64,000 bases of DNA from an uncultured Spirochaetaceae bacterium (GTDB taxonomy: Bacteria; Myxococcota_A; UBA9160; UBA4427). The DNA lies in the NCBI GenBank assembly GCA_964515335.1, contig CAZETS010000002.1, positions 42,285-106,284 on the forward strand, in the 5' to 3' direction. Position 1 is the stretch's first letter; each line of letters starts with the position of its first letter. Below, one piece after another: positions 17,806-27,185 of this stretch. The notes beneath the pieces are model-generated. The model ran no database searches and was not told the origin of the DNA. It was given only the letters and a program-made list of their open reading frames with translations. Made by a program: the position numbers and the translations under genes.

Positions 17806-18885
17806 CTATGCCGCCTCCCTGGCGCCCGCCGGCGTCGCTGCGCCCGGCACGCGGGGTGCGCGCCGGCCGAGCGCGAGTCCGATCGACAGCAGGATCACCA
17901 CGCCCTTCACCACGTCCGTGGCGACCGCCGGCACACCGGCGATGCGCTGCATCGCCCCGCCGCCGGCTTCGAGCACGCCGAAGAAGAGCGCCGACGGAAT
18001 CACCGCCAGCGGATGCAGACGCGCCAGCAGGGCCACCGCGATCGCCGTGTACCCGTAGCCGGGCGAGAGCGTCTCGAAGAGACGCCCGGTGACGCCCGCG
18101 ACCTCGATGCCCCCGGCGACGCCGGCCAGGGCGCCCGCCCCCGCCAGTGTGAGCACGAGCTGCCGGTCGGGGGCGATGCCCGCGAAGCGGGCTGCGGCCG
18201 GAGAGAGCCCGACCGCCCTCATGCGGAAGCCGATCGCCGTGCGGAAGAGCAGATAGCCACTGGCCAGCGCCAGCCCGAACGCCAGCGGTATGCCGAGGTG
18301 CAGGCGCCCGAGCGCCGGCAGCCGAAAGCCCGCCGCGAACGCGTCCGACTGGGGATACGCGCCGGTCGATTCCTGGAGCGACCCGTGCACGGCGAGCGAG
18401 ACGAGCTGCAGGGCGACGAAGTTCAGCAGGATGGTCGAGATCACCTCGCTGACCCCGCGGCCCGCTCGGAGCGCCCCCGCGATGCCCGCCCACAGCGCGC
18501 CTCCGAGAGCGCTCGCAAGGAGGAGCGCGGGCACACCGATGGCGCCCGGCGCTTCGGGCCAGAGCCGGGTCGCCACGACCGTGGCGAGCAGAGCGCCGAC
18601 GTAGAGCTGTCCTTCGGCGCCGATGTTCCACACCCCGCAGCGAAAGCAGAGCGCGACGGCGAGGCCCGTGAGCAGGAGCGGCGTGGCCTTCAGCAGCGTC
18701 GCGGTCAGGGCCGCCCCGCTTCCGAGGGCGCCCGCCAGCAACGCCCGCAGCGCCTCGACGGGCGAGTAGCCGAGCAGCGCCACGCTGCCACCCGCCACGA
18801 CCACACCGATCGCCACGGGCACGACCGCCCAGGCGAGGTCCGCCAGCGCCGTCTCGACACGCGCCCGCTCGCCTCCCGGCATCAA
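17806..18885 (-). CDS. ABC transporter permease (BMP/nucleoside-type importer)
   Basis: 359-aa polytopic protein with CGVWNIGAEGQL. Abuts the second permease and overlaps the ATPase gene by 4 nt. Confidence 0.8.
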   Translation of the reverse strand: MMPGGERARVETALADLAWAVVPVAIGVVVAGGSVALLGYSPVEALRALLAGALGSGAALTATLLKATPLLLTGLAVALCFRCGVWNIGAEGQLYVGALLATVVATRLWPEAPGAIGVPALLLASALGGALWAGIAGALRAGRGVSEVISTILLNFVALQLVSLAVHGSLQESTGAYPQSDAFAAGFRLPALGRLHLGIPLAFGLALASGYLLFRTAIGFRMRAVGLSPAAARFAGIAPDRQLVLTLAGAGALAGVAGGIEVAGVTGRLFETLSPGYGYTAIAVALLARLHPLAVIPSALFFGVLEAGGGAMQRIAGVPAVATDVVKGVVILLSIGLALGRRAPRVPGAATPAGAREAA

Positions 18886-20421
18886 GCGGCGTCCCCCTCG
18901 AGCATGACCGCCCCGATATGAGCGCGATCCGCGCCGGGCGGCAGCTCGCGCAGACGGCCGCGGACGAGCACCGCCAGGCGGTCCGCCAGCGCCATCACCT
19001 CGTCGAGCTCGGTGGAGATCAGCAACACGCCGCCGCCGCGCGCCCGCACGGCCAGCAGTTGCTCGTGGACGAAGCGGGCCGAGCCGACGTCGAGTCCGCG
19101 GGTCGGATTGACGGCGATCAGCAGCCGCGGCGTCTCGGCGAGCTCGCGCGCCACCGCGAGCTTCTGCGCGTTGCCGCCCGAGAGGGTCGCGATGTCGGCC
19201 TCCGGATCGTGGGGGGTGATGTCGAACGCGTCGATCGCCTCGCGGGTGGCGGCGCGGGCGGCGGCGGCGTCCAGACGCCCGGCCGGGAAGTACGGCGCCC
19301 CGTCCCGGCTGCTCTTCAGCACCCAGTTCTCCCAGAGCCGGAAGCCGGCCACCAACCCAGCGCGCTCGCGGTCGCCGGACACGTGCGCGGCCCCCGCGCC
19401 GCGAAGCGCCGCCACCCCCGGCTCTACCGGCACGCCAGCGACCTCCACCTCACCGGATTCGAGTGGGCGCACGCCCGCCAGCACCTCCTCGAGCTCGCGC
19501 TGACCGTTGCCGTCGATGCCCGCGATGCCGACGATCTCGCCGCCCCGCACGGCCAGGTCGAGCTCGCGCAGCGCGCTGCCATCGCGCAGTCCGCGCGAGC
19601 TGACACCTTTCAGAGCCAGAAGCGCTGCGGCTCGGGCCGACCCGACCGACTGCGGGCGTTCGACGGCGGGCACCTCGCGACCGAGCATCAGCCGGCCGAG
19701 CTCCCGCGCATCGAGATCCCGCGCCGGCAGCGTCGCCACCCGCTCGCCGCGGCGGAGCACACTCACACGATCCGCCAGCGCCTCCACCTCGTCGAGCTTG
19801 TGCGAGATGAAGATCACGCCGCAGCCCTCGTCGCGCAGCCGTCGCAGGGCCGGAAAGAGCTCCTCGGTCTCGCCCGGCGTCAGCGCGGCGGTCGGCTCGT
19901 CGAGGATCAGCAGCCCGGCGCCGCGATCGAGGGCGCGTACGATTTCGGCGCGCTGCCGCTGGCCCACCGACAGCTCGTCGACCCGTGCGCGCGTGGGCAC
20001 CTCGAGCCCGTAGCGCTCGCAGAGTGCACGCAGCCGCGCCGACGCGGCCCGCGGATCGAAGCCCGCGCCGCCCCGCGGATCGCCGAAGCGGAGATTCTCC
20101 TCGACCGTCATCGCACCGACCAGCGTCGAGTGCTGGTGGACCATCGCGATGCCCGCCGCCGCCGCGGCCGCCGGACCGAAGCGCGAGAGGTCGACCGCTT
20201 CGCCGCCGAGCCGCAGGCGCCCGGCGTCGGGCCGCACCAGACCGATCAGCACGTTCATCAGCGTCGACTTGCCCGCACCGTTCTCGCCGAGCAGCGCGTG
20301 GATCTCGCGCGGCGCCACCGACAGATCGACGCCGCGCAGCACTGGCCGCCCGGGCACGAAGGCCTTGTCGATCGCCTCGAGGACGACCGGCGCGGAGTCC
20401 TGCTCGCCCTGCCCGGTCAAG
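18882..20421 (-). CDS. ABC transporter ATP-binding protein with duplicated ATPase domains
   Basis: Walker A GENGAGKST, signatures LSVGQRQRAEI and LSGGNAQKLAVAR, and a second nucleotide-binding half (AGIDGNGQRE). The start is assigned to the TTG at 20421 (MTGQGEQDSAPVVLEAIDKAF). The 731-aa ORF in the track runs into the upstream BMP gene. Confidence 0.8.
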
Positions 20422-20494
20422 AACCCCGCCGCCTTCGCGTCCGCATGGTCGCTCCCACTCCCTCCGGGCGAACGAGCCGCCCCGAGCGCCGAGG

Positions 20495-21529
20495 CTAGAA
20501 GTCGCCTCGCGGCACGACGAGGGAGCCGTCGCGGATCTCGGCTTCGCGGGCCTTCAGCTCGGCATCCACCGCCTCGGGAATCCGCGAGGCGAGCGCCTCG
20601 TTGGGCTCGAGACGCACGATGTCCTGGGCCATGCCCAACCGCAGCGGCTCGGCGACGAAGCGCCCGTCGTGCACGCGACGCGCCACCTCGACGAGAGCGC
20701 CGGGGATGTCGAGCGTGGCCGACGCAATCACCACCTCGGGCGCCATGCCGTTCTGGTTGCTGTTGGTCCCGAACGCGTAGGCGGGCGTGCCCGCGGCCGC
20801 GCGTTCGCCGACCGCCTGGAAGACGCCGCGTCCCGCCTCGTTGGCCTGGTGGATCAGGAAGTCGGCCCGCTCCTCGAGCAGCGCCAGGGCGGCCTCGCGA
20901 GCGGCGGCGGTGTCGTCGAAGTTGCCGATGAAGACTTCGCGCACCTCGACCCCGGGTCTCGCCGCCTCGGCGCCGGCCCGGAAGGCCCGGAAGGTGCTGC
21001 GGATCGAGGGCAGCTCGATGCCGCCGATCATGCCGAGCTTGCCGCTCGTGCTCATTCGACCCGCCAGGTAGCCACACAGATAGGTGGCCTGCTCGAGCTC
21101 GAAGACCATCGGGGCGACGTTCTCGCGAACCGTGCTGCCGGAGGTCGTGATGAAGACGGTCTCCGGATACTCGGCGCCCACCGTCGCGGCGGCGTCCTGG
21201 TACTCGAAGCCATGTCCGAAGACCAGGTCGTAGCCGCGACTCGCGTAGTCGCGAAAGCTCTCCTCGAACTCGGCCGGGGTGCGCGTCTCGACGTGGGAGA
21301 TCTCCGCGCCGAGCTCGTCACGGATGCGCTCGAGACCCGCCCAGGCGCCCGCGTTCCAGCCGCCGTCGGCGATCGAGCCGGGCGTCAGCAGCGCGACCCG
21401 AAAGCGATCGCCCGCCGGCTCCTCGGCCGAGCAGGCCACGAGGGCAAGCCCGGCGAGCACGCACGCGAAGACGGCCCGAAGACCCGGGCGGCCCGATCCG
21501 GGCCTCTCTGCGTAGCGGGTCGCGCGCAT
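20495..21529 (-). CDS. BMP-family ABC transporter substrate-binding lipoprotein
   Basis: Lipobox LVAC after a hydrophobic signal. GSIADGGWN and the GYDLVFGHGFEY pattern fit the BMP/PnrA family. Confidence 0.8.
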   Translation of the reverse strand: MRATRYAERPGSGRPGLRAVFACVLAGLALVACSAEEPAGDRFRVALLTPGSIADGGWNAGAWAGLERIRDELGAEISHVETRTPAEFEESFRDYASRGYDLVFGHGFEYQDAAATVGAEYPETVFITTSGSTVRENVAPMVFELEQATYLCGYLAGRMSTSGKLGMIGGIELPSIRSTFRAFRAGAEAARPGVEVREVFIGNFDDTAAAREAALALLEERADFLIHQANEAGRGVFQAVGERAAAGTPAYAFGTNSNQNGMAPEVVIASATLDIPGALVEVARRVHDGRFVAEPLRLGMAQDIVRLEPNEALASRIPEAVDAELKAREAEIRDGSLVVPRGDF

Positions 21530-21586
21530 CGGGCCGCGAGTATCGGAGGCGTCGCGCTCTGCGTCAACGCGGCGAGCGCGCTCCCG

Positions 21587-22321
21587 CTACTCGTTGGCGG
21601 CCAGCGAGGTCGTCGAGCGCGGATCGTAGGGAAGCACCGTGTATTCGACGGTGTCGCTGAAGACCTTGATGGGAACCCAGCTCGGCAGCGCAGACATGCG
21701 CGGCATGCCGTGGGTCATGGCGCCGGTGGGGTCGATCACCCAGGGATCGTCCGGCTGCTCGAACCAGAGAGTCACCATGTGGTGCTGTCCGTCCGACGGG
21801 CGGTACACGATGGCCCGGTAGACCTCCTTGGCATCGAAGCCGAGGTCGCGCAGCGCGTGGAAGGTGAGCAGCTCGAGTCCGTCGCAGTCGTCGCCGTCGC
21901 CCGACAGGGTCTCTTCGAGGGTCGCCCAATGATCGATCGTGCCGTCGGCCACGTAGTGCTCGCGGGCCTGGGACTGGATCCAGTCGGCCACCTCACGGGC
22001 GAGTGCACGCTTTCGCTCGGCGCGGAAGCTGAAGTACTTGTCGCGCAGCTCCCCACCGGGGGAGGCCGATGCTGCGGGCACCGCATCACTCGGCGCTTCG
22101 GAGACCGCCGGAACCGCGACCGGCACCAGTACGCCCTGGTCTCGCACCTCACGTCGCTGCCAGCCGGCGATCTTTGGCGACCAGGCGTCGTCGAGCGCCG
22201 GCGCAGAGAAGTACGCGTAGCGCTCCGGGACGCCGCCGAACGCCGCGCAGCCGAGGCCGAGCACGAAGACGACGAAGGCCGCGGCAAGAGCCGAGAGGCG
22301 GGAGGCGTGACGGGTCCGCAT
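21587..22321 (-). CDS. Putative periplasmic transglutaminase-like cysteine peptidase (BTLCP/LapG-type fold)
   Basis: Signal-like N-terminus. A candidate Cys-His-Asp triad lies in GDDCDGLELL, QHHMVTLWF and WVIDPTG, in the order and spacing of that fold. Assignment rests on pattern only. Confidence 0.4.
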   Translation of the reverse strand: MRTRHASRLSALAAAFVVFVLGLGCAAFGGVPERYAYFSAPALDDAWSPKIAGWQRREVRDQGVLVPVAVPAVSEAPSDAVPAASASPGGELRDKYFSFRAERKRALAREVADWIQSQAREHYVADGTIDHWATLEETLSGDGDDCDGLELLTFHALRDLGFDAKEVYRAIVYRPSDGQHHMVTLWFEQPDDPWVIDPTGAMTHGMPRMSALPSWVPIKVFSDTVEYTVLPYDPRSTTSLAANE

Positions 22322-22471
22322 ACCCCCGCTGCATCGGACGCGCGTCGCGGCGGATTGAGCCCGAGAGCCGAGTAGAGACGGACGCCTCCGGCCCTGGACG
22401 CACGAGCGGGGAGCAACTACCCGGGCGATGTCCCCGGCCCGGGGGCCGAAAAGCCGGCCGGCGGCGTGCGA

Positions 22472-22657
22472 TCAGCCGTGCAGCAGGATGTTCTGGGCGT
22501 CGCAGCTGCCGATCAGCCCGAACATCACCACGAAGAAGAGCGCCATCATCGGGATGCCGCCCAGCACGTAGAGCCAGGATGCGAGATCCCCGTTGATGCC
22601 GGGGCCCTCCTCGAGGTCGTCGTGGCCGTGCTCGTCCGACGGGTCGGGCGGTGTCAT
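22472..22657 (-). CDS. Small membrane protein (61 aa, acidic N-terminus plus one TM helix), function unknown
   Basis: ATG at 22657 preceded by GGAGA with 8-nt spacing. Almost every codon ends in G/C when hand-translated. Hydrophobic helix WLYVLGGIPMMALFFVVMFGLIG. Confidence 0.55.
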   Translation of the reverse strand: MTPPDPSDEHGHDDLEEGPGINGDLASWLYVLGGIPMMALFFVVMFGLIGSCDAQNILLHG

Positions 22658-22761
22658 GCGGGCGCTCTCCTGCCTGGGGCGCGCGCAGTGTAGCGGCGGG
22701 CCCGGGGGGCGCAAACGCATCGATTCGCTGCCCCGGGGCCCCCAGGCGCCCCTGGCCGGCC

Positions 22762-23322
22762 TCAGTCGGTCCGGCGCCACTCCTCGGGGACGTCGGCCAG
22801 ATCGGCCTGGATGACCAGGTCGCGGTGCCTCTGACGGGCCTCCTCGAGCTGCTCGCGCTGCTCACGCAGCTGCTCGCGCAGCTTGAAGCTCAGCGGGGTG
22901 ACCTCGGTGTTCGAGGAGCCCGGAGGGGCCATCTGCCACTGCGACCCTCCGCCCGTCCCGGCCATCTCGTCGAGCTCCTGCTTGGTGGCCTCGATGGCCT
23001 GCTCGATCTCCAGGATCTCGTCGAACGAGTCCCGGAAGCGGGCGTGCCAGACATCCGAGCTGACGCCGTTGCGCTTCTGCCGCTGGAACTCCAGGGACGA
23101 CGGCAGCTGCAGCAGGCGGTCGAGCTCGACGGTCCGGCTGGGCTCGTCGGGCGGCACCGGGACCGGCGCCGACTCGTCGGCCTCACCGGTCACGCCGAGA
23201 CCGCTGCCGGCCGCCTCCTCGGCGTGGGCGGCGGTGTGAGCCGACGCGAAGGCCACGGCCAGCGCGAGCCCGAGCCGTGCCAGCGGGCGGGAGCCCGCTG
23301 CAAGCAGCCGTTCAGCCGACAC
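22762..23322 (-). CDS. Secreted coiled-coil protein, function unknown
   Basis: A GTG at 23322 gives the signal peptide VSAERLLAAGSRPLARLGLALAVAFASAHTAAHA. The C-terminal half is heptad-like (EILEIEQAIEATKQELDEM, LREQLREQREQLEEARQRHRD). The start is uncertain; the alternative is the ATG at 23421. Confidence 0.45.
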   Translation of the reverse strand: MSAERLLAAGSRPLARLGLALAVAFASAHTAAHAEEAAGSGLGVTGEADESAPVPVPPDEPSRTVELDRLLQLPSSLEFQRQKRNGVSSDVWHARFRDSFDEILEIEQAIEATKQELDEMAGTGGGSQWQMAPPGSSNTEVTPLSFKLREQLREQREQLEEARQRHRDLVIQADLADVPEEWRRTD

Positions 23323-23584
23323 GAGTGCGCGACCCAAGTGCTCTCCCAGTCCCCCGCCGTCGTCTTCCCGCCAGGGGCAGCGCGACCTGCAGACGCGGAG
23401 CAAGCGCCGAGGCGCAAGCATAGCGGAGCGATTGCGCTCGACCGGCAATTGCCGGCCACCGGCAACGGGAGCCCCCGACCGCCGAAGCGACGGAATACGC
23501 TTCAAGGGCGCTGGCGGCCCGCCGATACGTCTGGCGTTCGCCTCGGCCGGGATCGGCCCGGTTGTCGGGGAGGGATGTCCGGCG

Positions 23585-24730
23585 ATGGAACGCGACAAGC
23601 TGTACCGCCTTCTCAGGTTGGGCCTCGAGAAGGGTGCTTCGGACATCCACTTCCAGGTCGACTACCTGCCGCTCTACCGCTTCCACGGCGAACTCGTCGA
23701 GCTTCGCTACAAGGTCCTGACCCCCGAGGACACCGAGCAGATCGTCCAGCTGCTCTGCGAACAGGACCCGGGCAGCCAGGCCTTCGACTGGAACGAGCGC
23801 GACCTGGCCTTCGAGCTGCCGGGCGAGGGCCGCTTCCGCGTCAACATCTCGCGCCAGCGACGCAACTACAACGTCGTCCTGCGCATCATCCCGCCCCAGA
23901 TCGACAGCATGGCCGAGCTGAACCTGCCGGGCGTGCTGCAGGACATCGCCGGGCTCCGGCGCGGCTACGTGCTCGTGACGGGCGCCACCGGCATGGGGAA
24001 GTCCACCACGCTGGCGACCATGCTCAACGAGATCAACACGAGCCGGAAGTGCAAGATCGTCACCGTCGAGGACCCGATCGAGTTCGTATTCTCCCCCGCC
24101 AGGGCGATCATCACCCAGCGTGAGATCGGCACCGACACCCACTCGTTTCCCGACGCCCTGCGCGCAGCGCTGCGCCAGGATCCGGACGTCATCATGGTCG
24201 GCGAGATGCGCGACCTCGAGACCGTCGACACCTCGCTCAAGGCGGCGGAAACCGGCCACCTCGTCTTCTCGACGATCCACACTTCGGACGTGGCCTCGAC
24301 GATCGGGCGGCTCGTCTCGTTCTTCCCGACCGAGGAGCAGCTGACCGTCCGGACGCGGCTGGCGGAGAACCTCCACGCCATCGTCTCACTGCGGCTGCTG
24401 GTCAACAAGAAGGAGAACGGCCGCGTGCCGGCCGTCGAGGTGATGCGCTCGACCCGGTCCATCCAGGAGTGCATCAAGGACCCGGCGCGCACCCACGAGA
24501 TCACCGACCTGATCGCCCGCGGGCGCGCCGAGAAGATGCAGACCTTCGACCAGCACCTGCTCGACCTGCTGCGCGCCAACAAGATCTCGGTGCGGACCGC
24601 GCTGAACGCGGCGTCGAATCCCACCGACTTCCAGATCAAGCTCGAGATGGAGGGAGACTTCTCCGAGGTCGCCGACGTCGACCAGAAGCCCGAGGTGCCC
24701 TTCGAGATCGAGCCCGACGGCCGGTTCTAG
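23585..24730 (+). CDS. pilT: Type IV pilus retraction ATPase PilT/PilU family
   Basis: ASDIHF, Walker A GATGMGKST, TVEDPIEF, and MVGEMRD with the Asp and His boxes. The start was set at MERDKLYRLL (23585). Confidence 0.85.
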   Translation: MERDKLYRLLRLGLEKGASDIHFQVDYLPLYRFHGELVELRYKVLTPEDTEQIVQLLCEQDPGSQAFDWNERDLAFELPGEGRFRVNISRQRRNYNVVLRIIPPQIDSMAELNLPGVLQDIAGLRRGYVLVTGATGMGKSTTLATMLNEINTSRKCKIVTVEDPIEFVFSPARAIITQREIGTDTHSFPDALRAALRQDPDVIMVGEMRDLETVDTSLKAAETGHLVFSTIHTSDVASTIGRLVSFFPTEEQLTVRTRLAENLHAIVSLRLLVNKKENGRVPAVEVMRSTRSIQECIKDPARTHEITDLIARGRAEKMQTFDQHLLDLLRANKISVRTALNAASNPTDFQIKLEMEGDFSEVADVDQKPEVPFEIEPDGRF

Positions 24731-24733
24731 AGG

Positions 24734-26011
24734 ATGCCCGACACTCCGATGGCCGCGGCCGCTCCGATCCACGTCCTGAGCCGGTCCCTGCGCGAAGCCG
24801 CGTCCCGGGCTGCCGAGATCGCGGGCGGCGGGGCCGCCCTGCTCTTCGCCGCACTGCCGGCCGACGGCGAGGACGCCGTACCGCGGCTGCGTTCTGCGGC
24901 TGGCTTCACGTCGCTCGAGGACGCCCGCCGCGCCGCCAGCGATCTACGATCCGCCGTCACGGACTGCATCGAGGGGGCGCGTCGGCAGACCGCCCCCGGC
25001 CCCACCGGGATGGGGCCGCGGGCCGCCGCCGGCGTCACCCTTCACCCGCTCGAGGTCGCGGGCCGCTGCCACGGCGCCCTCGTCGTGGGCACGCCCGGGC
25101 CGACCTCTTCGGACGCCGACGAGGGCCTCGTCGCCCTCGCCGTGTCGACCGCCATGCAGATCGACCACGCCCGGCTCGTCCGCGAGACCGCCGCGCTCGA
25201 GAAGCGGTTGATGGACAGCGATGCACCCGCGAGCGAAGCCGGTGACGAACTGCTGAAGCTCTCCGAGAAGCTCTTCGAGCAGGACATCGAGCTGATGCGA
25301 AGCAGCGAGAAGCTCGGCCAGATCGAGAAGATCAAGAGCGACTTCATCGAGAAGATGTCGCGCGAGCTGCGGACGCCGCTCAACGGCATCATCGAAGCGA
25401 TCGTCTCTGTGCTCGCCGGCGAGAACGAGAACCTCTCCGACGGCGCCCGGCAGAGCCTGCGCCGGGCCCTCGACGAGGGCACCGTCTACCAACGCACCCT
25501 GCAGAACATCCTCGACCTCTGGCGCATCAAGCAGGGCGAGCTGCCCGTACAGATCCAGGAGCTGAACATCGGCGAAGTGATCGACGAGGCAATCTTCAGC
25601 GTCCAGGACACCCTGGCCGACAAGCCCGTCGAGATCGAGAAGCAGCTCCCCGAGCCCTGCCCGCGGATCAAGAGCGACCTCACGAAGCTCAATCAGGCGC
25701 TCTTCCTGCTGCTCGACAACGCCGCGAAGTTCACCACCCAGGGCCGCATCACGATCTCAGTCGCGGTCGCGGACGGCTGGCTCCGCTGCTCGATCGAAGA
25801 CACCGGCATCGGGATCTGCCCCGACGACCAGGAGTACATCTTCGACGAGTTCTTCCAGGTCGACCACCAGGCCTCGGCCCGCTACCGCGGCGCCGGCCTC
25901 GGCCTCTCGCTGGCCCGCGACCTGGTGGGCCTGCTCGAGGGCAGCTGCACGATCCGCAGCGAAGCCGGGCACGGCACCCGGGCCACGATCGAGATCCCGA
26001 TCCACCGCTGA
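24734..26011 (+). CDS. GAF-like / HisKA / HATPase_c protein with the H-box histidine replaced by arginine (pseudo-histidine kinase)
   Basis: The H-box reads [13 protein letters not shown], where SHELRTPL is expected; the Arg codon CGC lies at 25361-25363. The N box ([10 protein letters not shown]), G1 (EDTGIGI), F (FDEFFQVD) and G2 (GAGLGLSLA) are intact. Confidence 0.75.
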   Translation: MPDTPMAAAAPIHVLSRSLREAASRAAEIAGGGAALLFAALPADGEDAVPRLRSAAGFTSLEDARRAASDLRSAVTDCIEGARRQTAPGPTGMGPRAAAGVTLHPLEVAGRCHGALVVGTPGPTSSDADEGLVALAVSTAMQIDHARLVRETAALEKRLMDSDAPASEAGDELLKLSEKLFEQDIELMRSSEKLGQIEKIKSDFIEKMSRELRTPLNGIIEAIVSVLAGENENLSDGARQSLRRALDEGTVYQRTLQNILDLWRIKQGELPVQIQELNIGEVIDEAIFSVQDTLADKPVEIEKQLPEPCPRIKSDLTKLNQALFLLLDNAAKFTTQGRITISVAVADGWLRCSIEDTGIGICPDDQEYIFDEFFQVDHQASARYRGAGLGLSLARDLVGLLEGSCTIRSEAGHGTRATIEIPIHR

Positions 26012-26056
26012 ACGCCCGGGTCCTACCGGCGTCGAGCGGCCTGCCCTACGGCGCTG

Positions 26057-26395
26057 CTACGCGTCGCTGCTGGGCTCTTTCGCGCCCGTCGCCGGTTCGC
26101 CGGCCTCGCCAGCTTCGGTGGAATCCGCCTCGACCGGCGGCGCCTCGACGACGGCCTCGTCGGCGAGAGCCTCCACGACCTCCTCGGATTCGAGCACGGC
26201 GCCCGCGTTCTCGTCCGCATCGACCTTGCCCGCCGCGATCTCTCGCAGAGCCACCACCACCTCCTTGTTCTCGTCGTTCTGGACGAGAGCGGTAGCGCCC
26301 TTCTTGAGCTGCTTCGCGCGAATCGCGGTCATCTGGACGAGCTGGAAGCGGTTGGGCACCTCCTCGATGCAGTCCTCGATCGTAATGCGGGCCAT
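26057..26395 (-). CDS. rpoZ: DNA-directed RNA polymerase subunit omega with acidic C-terminal tail
   Basis: [30 protein letters not shown] is the canonical omega N-terminus. The start is set at 26395. Confidence 0.85.
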   Translation of the reverse strand: MARITIEDCIEEVPNRFQLVQMTAIRAKQLKKGATALVQNDENKEVVVALREIAAGKVDADENAGAVLESEEVVEALADEAVVEAPPVEADSTEAGEAGEPATGAKEPSSDA

Positions 26396-26537
26396 GGGCG
26401 GATCCTCTCGCAGTCGATGACGCCGACCTGGTGGGCTCGACCCGACTGGTCCAGCACCCCCGGGGGCTGGCGCAGTGTCGGTCCGGCGTCGGGCACTCCC
26501 CTGTCCGGAGTGCCGGGGCGCCGCACGATAATTCAGC

Positions 26538-26580
26538 GCCCGAAAGAAGGAAACCCCGGCCGACATATGCCGGCCGGGGT
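26538..26580 (-). terminator. Intrinsic terminator after the histone-like gene
   Basis: Perfect 10-bp stem ACCCCGGCCG/CGGCCGGGGT (26553-26580) with an 8-nt loop. On the minus strand it is followed by UUCCUUCUUUC. It sits 47 nt past the stop. Confidence 0.65.
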
Positions 26581-26626
26581 CCTATCGGCCTTCCAACCTC
26601 GGAAGGCTCCCATCGGCGAAATGGAA

Positions 26627-26929
26627 CTACTTGCGCCGGCGGGTGGCCTTCTTGCGGCGTGCAGCCTTCTTCTTCCGGGTCGCCTTCTTGCGGGCGGCCT
26701 TCTTGCGACGGGTCGCCTTCTTCTTTCGGGTCGCCTTCTTCTTTCGGGTCGCCTTCTTACGGGCGGCCTTCTTGCGGCGGGTCGCCTTCTTCTTGCTGGC
26801 CTTCTTCTTGCCAGCCTTCTTGCGGCGCGTGGCCTTCTTCTTGCCAGCCTTCTTGCGCGCGGCCTTCTTGCGGCGCGTGGCCTTGCGCTTTGCCGCCTTC
26901 TTGCGTGTTGCCTTCTTACGAGCTGCCAT
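26627..26929 (-). CDS. Lysine/arginine-rich histone H1-like nucleoid protein (KKAxRK tandem repeats)
   Basis: 100 aa made almost only of K, R, A, T, G and S: MAARKKATRKKAAKRKATRRKKAARKKAGKKKATRRKK... The start was placed at the ATG at 26929, preceded by AAGGGGGG. Confidence 0.7.
   Translation of the reverse strand: MAARKKATRKKAAKRKATRRKKAARKKAGKKKATRRKKAGKKKASKKKATRRKKAARKKATRKKKATRKKKATRRKKAARKKATRKKKAARRKKATRRRK
26640..26925 (-). repeat. Imperfect tandem coding repeats (18-39 bp units) encoding the KKAxRK array
   Basis: gggtcgccttcttctttc occurs twice in tandem. A ~39-bp unit (cttgcggcgcgtggccttcttcttgccagccttcttgcg-like) is also repeated. Confidence 0.7.
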
Positions 26930-27126
26930 TTGTGGGTCACCCCCCTTGGTTGAACAACGCTCGAGCGACACGATCACGCTCACATTCGCTCAGGTTCACG
27001 ATGAGTTGCGTAACCGTGTACCGGGGCACCTATCGGTGCCTGCGCTCCGCGACTTGAAGGCGATCACACCCTTCGTCGACCACCTTCTCATCACAAACCA
27101 CACCCCTACAGCGTTTGTTGCGGGTG

Positions 27127-27185
27127 ACCCTAACACCGAAATTTCGGCGGCGTCAAGGAATTCAGCAAAAAAAACAATACGATGG
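27127..27185 (-). promoter_or_regulatory. Candidate sigma70-type promoter with an UP-like T8 tract, upstream of the histone-like gene
   Basis: The minus strand reads cgtattgTTTTTTTTgctgaattccTTGACG-N18-TAGGGT (-35 at 27151-27156, -10 at 27127-27132). The A/T tract is exceptional in this GC-rich window. It implies a ~190-nt 5' UTR. Confidence 0.35.

Noticed and set aside
18882-21077. The 731-aa version of the ABC ATPase ORF.
   Set aside because: Its N-terminal 220 codons overlap the well-supported BMP lipoprotein gene in another frame and are Arg/Gly-rich. The ATPase homology begins only near 20400, so a TTG start at 20421 was used.
23442-23455. The perfect 14-bp palindrome CCGGCAATTGCCGG in the pilT divergent promoter region, and the 12-bp CCGAAATTTCGG at 27137-27148.
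   Set aside because: A rough estimate from the base composition gives about 10 perfect 14-bp palindromes expected by chance in 64 kb of ~70 % GC DNA. On their own they are not evidence of operators.
26640-26925. Tandem repeats here and at 45161-45250, considered as possible CRISPR-like or satellite arrays.
   Set aside because: Both lie inside well-supported reading frames, and the units are in-frame coding repeats with no unique spacers. No cas genes are present.
26934-27130. A perfectly complementary 9-mer pair, GGGUCACCC (27122-27130) and GGGUGACCC (26934-26942, adjacent to the histone-like gene's ribosome-binding site), suggesting long-range occlusion of the ribosome-binding site.
   Set aside because: The upstream copy overlaps the proposed -10 element and would lie upstream of the predicted transcription start, so it would not be in the mRNA. 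A single 9-mer match in GC-rich DNA is not compelling.
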